Source: a virus
Lineage: Duplodnaviria > Caudoviricetes
IMG/VR virus record: IMGVR_UViG_3300030104_007656
Location: 1-56,714 of that record
DNA length: 56,714 nucleotides
Direction: 5' to 3' (one strand)
The notes under the pieces were generated by a model. The model was not told where the DNA came from. It ran no database searches and worked only from the letters and a program-made list of their open reading frames with translations. The translations under genes were made by a program, and so were the position numbers. Each line of letters starts with the position of its first letter. The stretch's first letter is position 1. Below, one piece after another: positions 55,762-56,714 of the stretch.

Positions 55762-56166
55762 TTATTCTTCGCCTTCAAAAAGGGCTCGGATCGGGTAGAT
55801 GGAAATAATCCGATTAGATTTCTTGTAATAACCGATGCTCTCAATAATATACTGCCTCTCATTTAGGCGGGGATAAAAATGAACCTTTACTTCATAAGAG
55901 GTTTTGTCCGACAGTCTAGTCTCCGGCAAGATTTGCAAAGTTTGCAGACCGCCAGCCTGCTCTCTAAGTGTGTTGTAATTCAATCCAAGAGCAGTAAAGT
56001 GGTTCAACCCACTCGTCGCGGAAATTTTTGCTTGGTTTGTCCGCCTTTTGTTGCCAGCAATCATCATTTCCAAGTTGATGGTAGAAAATAATAACATTGC
56101 ACTCATGCCAATGAAGGCAGACATCATCAAGACTAGGATAAGCGTCATGCCTTTACGGTTCAACAT
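55762..56166 (-). CDS. PilX-like type IV minor pilin
   Basis: MLNRKG|MTLILVLMM class III signal lacking Glu5, followed by TINLEMMIAGNKR..NQA...A.SGL (PilX N-terminal pattern). Start moved to 56166. Confidence 0.7.
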   Translation of the reverse strand: MLNRKGMTLILVLMMSAFIGMSAMLLFSTINLEMMIAGNKRRTNQAKISATSGLNHFTALGLNYNTLREQAGGLQTLQILPETRLSDKTSYEVKVHFYPRLNERQYIIESIGYYKKSNRIISIYPIRALFEGEE

Positions 56167-56500
56167 TGACCATTCTATCTCTTGTTGGAGCAGGAGCAAC
56201 TTGATTTAGCAGTTGGTAGCCTTGATTTAGCAAAAGATTATCCTCAACCCATTGTGTAGTACGGGCTTTACAGAGGTTTTTAGGTACTCTGCGGGCTTCA
56301 CACTCGCGTTCTTTGGGTTTGACAACCTCACAAAAACACCTCACTCGGTTTTGTAGTTCCAACTCCGGTGATAAAGTCACTCCACGAGGCAAAACTTCAT
56401 TTGTTCCCGGCACCCATTTAGGGCAATCAATTTGTTGCAGTTGATAAGCTTGATTGAATAAATTTGCAAATACAAGCAAAAACAAAGACTTATAGATCAT
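56153..56500 (-). CDS. Exported Cys-rich hypothetical protein
   Basis: Signal-like N-terminus and five Cys. Confidence 0.65.
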   Translation of the reverse strand: MIYKSLFLLVFANLFNQAYQLQQIDCPKWVPGTNEVLPRGVTLSPELELQNRVRCFCEVVKPKERECEARRVPKNLCKARTTQWVEDNLLLNQGYQLLNQVAPAPTRDRMVNVEP

Positions 56501-56714
56501 TGGCTTTTCCTTTCATAAAATTGTTTAGAATAGTAACAAAGTTTAGTTTGCCATCATCACGAGAAAAATAAACAACAGGAGTCGCGAGCATGGGCAAGTG
56601 AACCACCAAGTCCATTCCCGTGTACTTCATGATGTACTCTACTTCATTTTCCGTCAGAGACGTCATTATATTCTTCTTTGCTAATTTCTTCGGGGAATCC
56701 AAAGAATGCAGCGG
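56490..56714 (-). CDS. Hypothetical protein, probably 5'-truncated by the window edge
   Basis: The frame stays open from TTG 56702 to the edge. Confidence 0.55.
   Translation of the reverse strand, partial: PLHSLDSPKKLAKKNIMTSLTENEVEYIMKYTGMDLVVHLPMLATPVVYFSRDDGKLNFVTILNNFMKGKANDL

Overview
This window is a fragment of a large, AT-rich, T4-like (contractile-tail) bacteriophage genome, not a bacterial chromosome. Almost all genes are on the minus strand and use the standard code. From left to right it holds: (1) a baseplate module with an unlisted >1330-aa LamG-type protein running off the left edge, gp6-like and gp25-like wedge proteins, an 1840-aa unknown, a gp5/spike-like protein and an M23 peptidase; (2) a gp55-like late sigma factor; (3) five glycosyltransferases; (4) a Cas4/AddB-like nuclease, a zincin and PIN-PhoH; (5) a complete tmRNA with tag ANDDFQLAQAA; (6) a 1137-aa multidomain protein (KxDG ligase-like, nuclease-like, HxGH cytidylyltransferase); (7) a trypsin-like lipoprotein divergent from the only plus-strand island, which includes a myxobacteria-style MopE-repeat/vWA lipoprotein; (8) three ~500-aa paralogous coiled-coil fibres with a 29-residue period; (9) five tRNAs interleaved with TilS and a methylase/endonuclease pair; (10) small early genes with sigma70 promoters; (11) phosphomannomutase, CysK and a full YhbH-SpoVR-PrkA operon; (12) a block of proteins sharing an MKLTK..LR..I.E leader; (13) a PilX-like pilin. 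The most novel-looking signals are in the tRNA array: a candidate 6S-like RNA and two copies of a small pseudoknot RNA (possibly abiF/antitoxin-like). Also notable are the phage-borne PrkA operon, the putative capsid-targeting leader family and a TAnTTA phage promoter motif. A Myxococcota/deltaproteobacterial host is inferred, not shown. All protein calls come from motif recognition by eye, with no database search.
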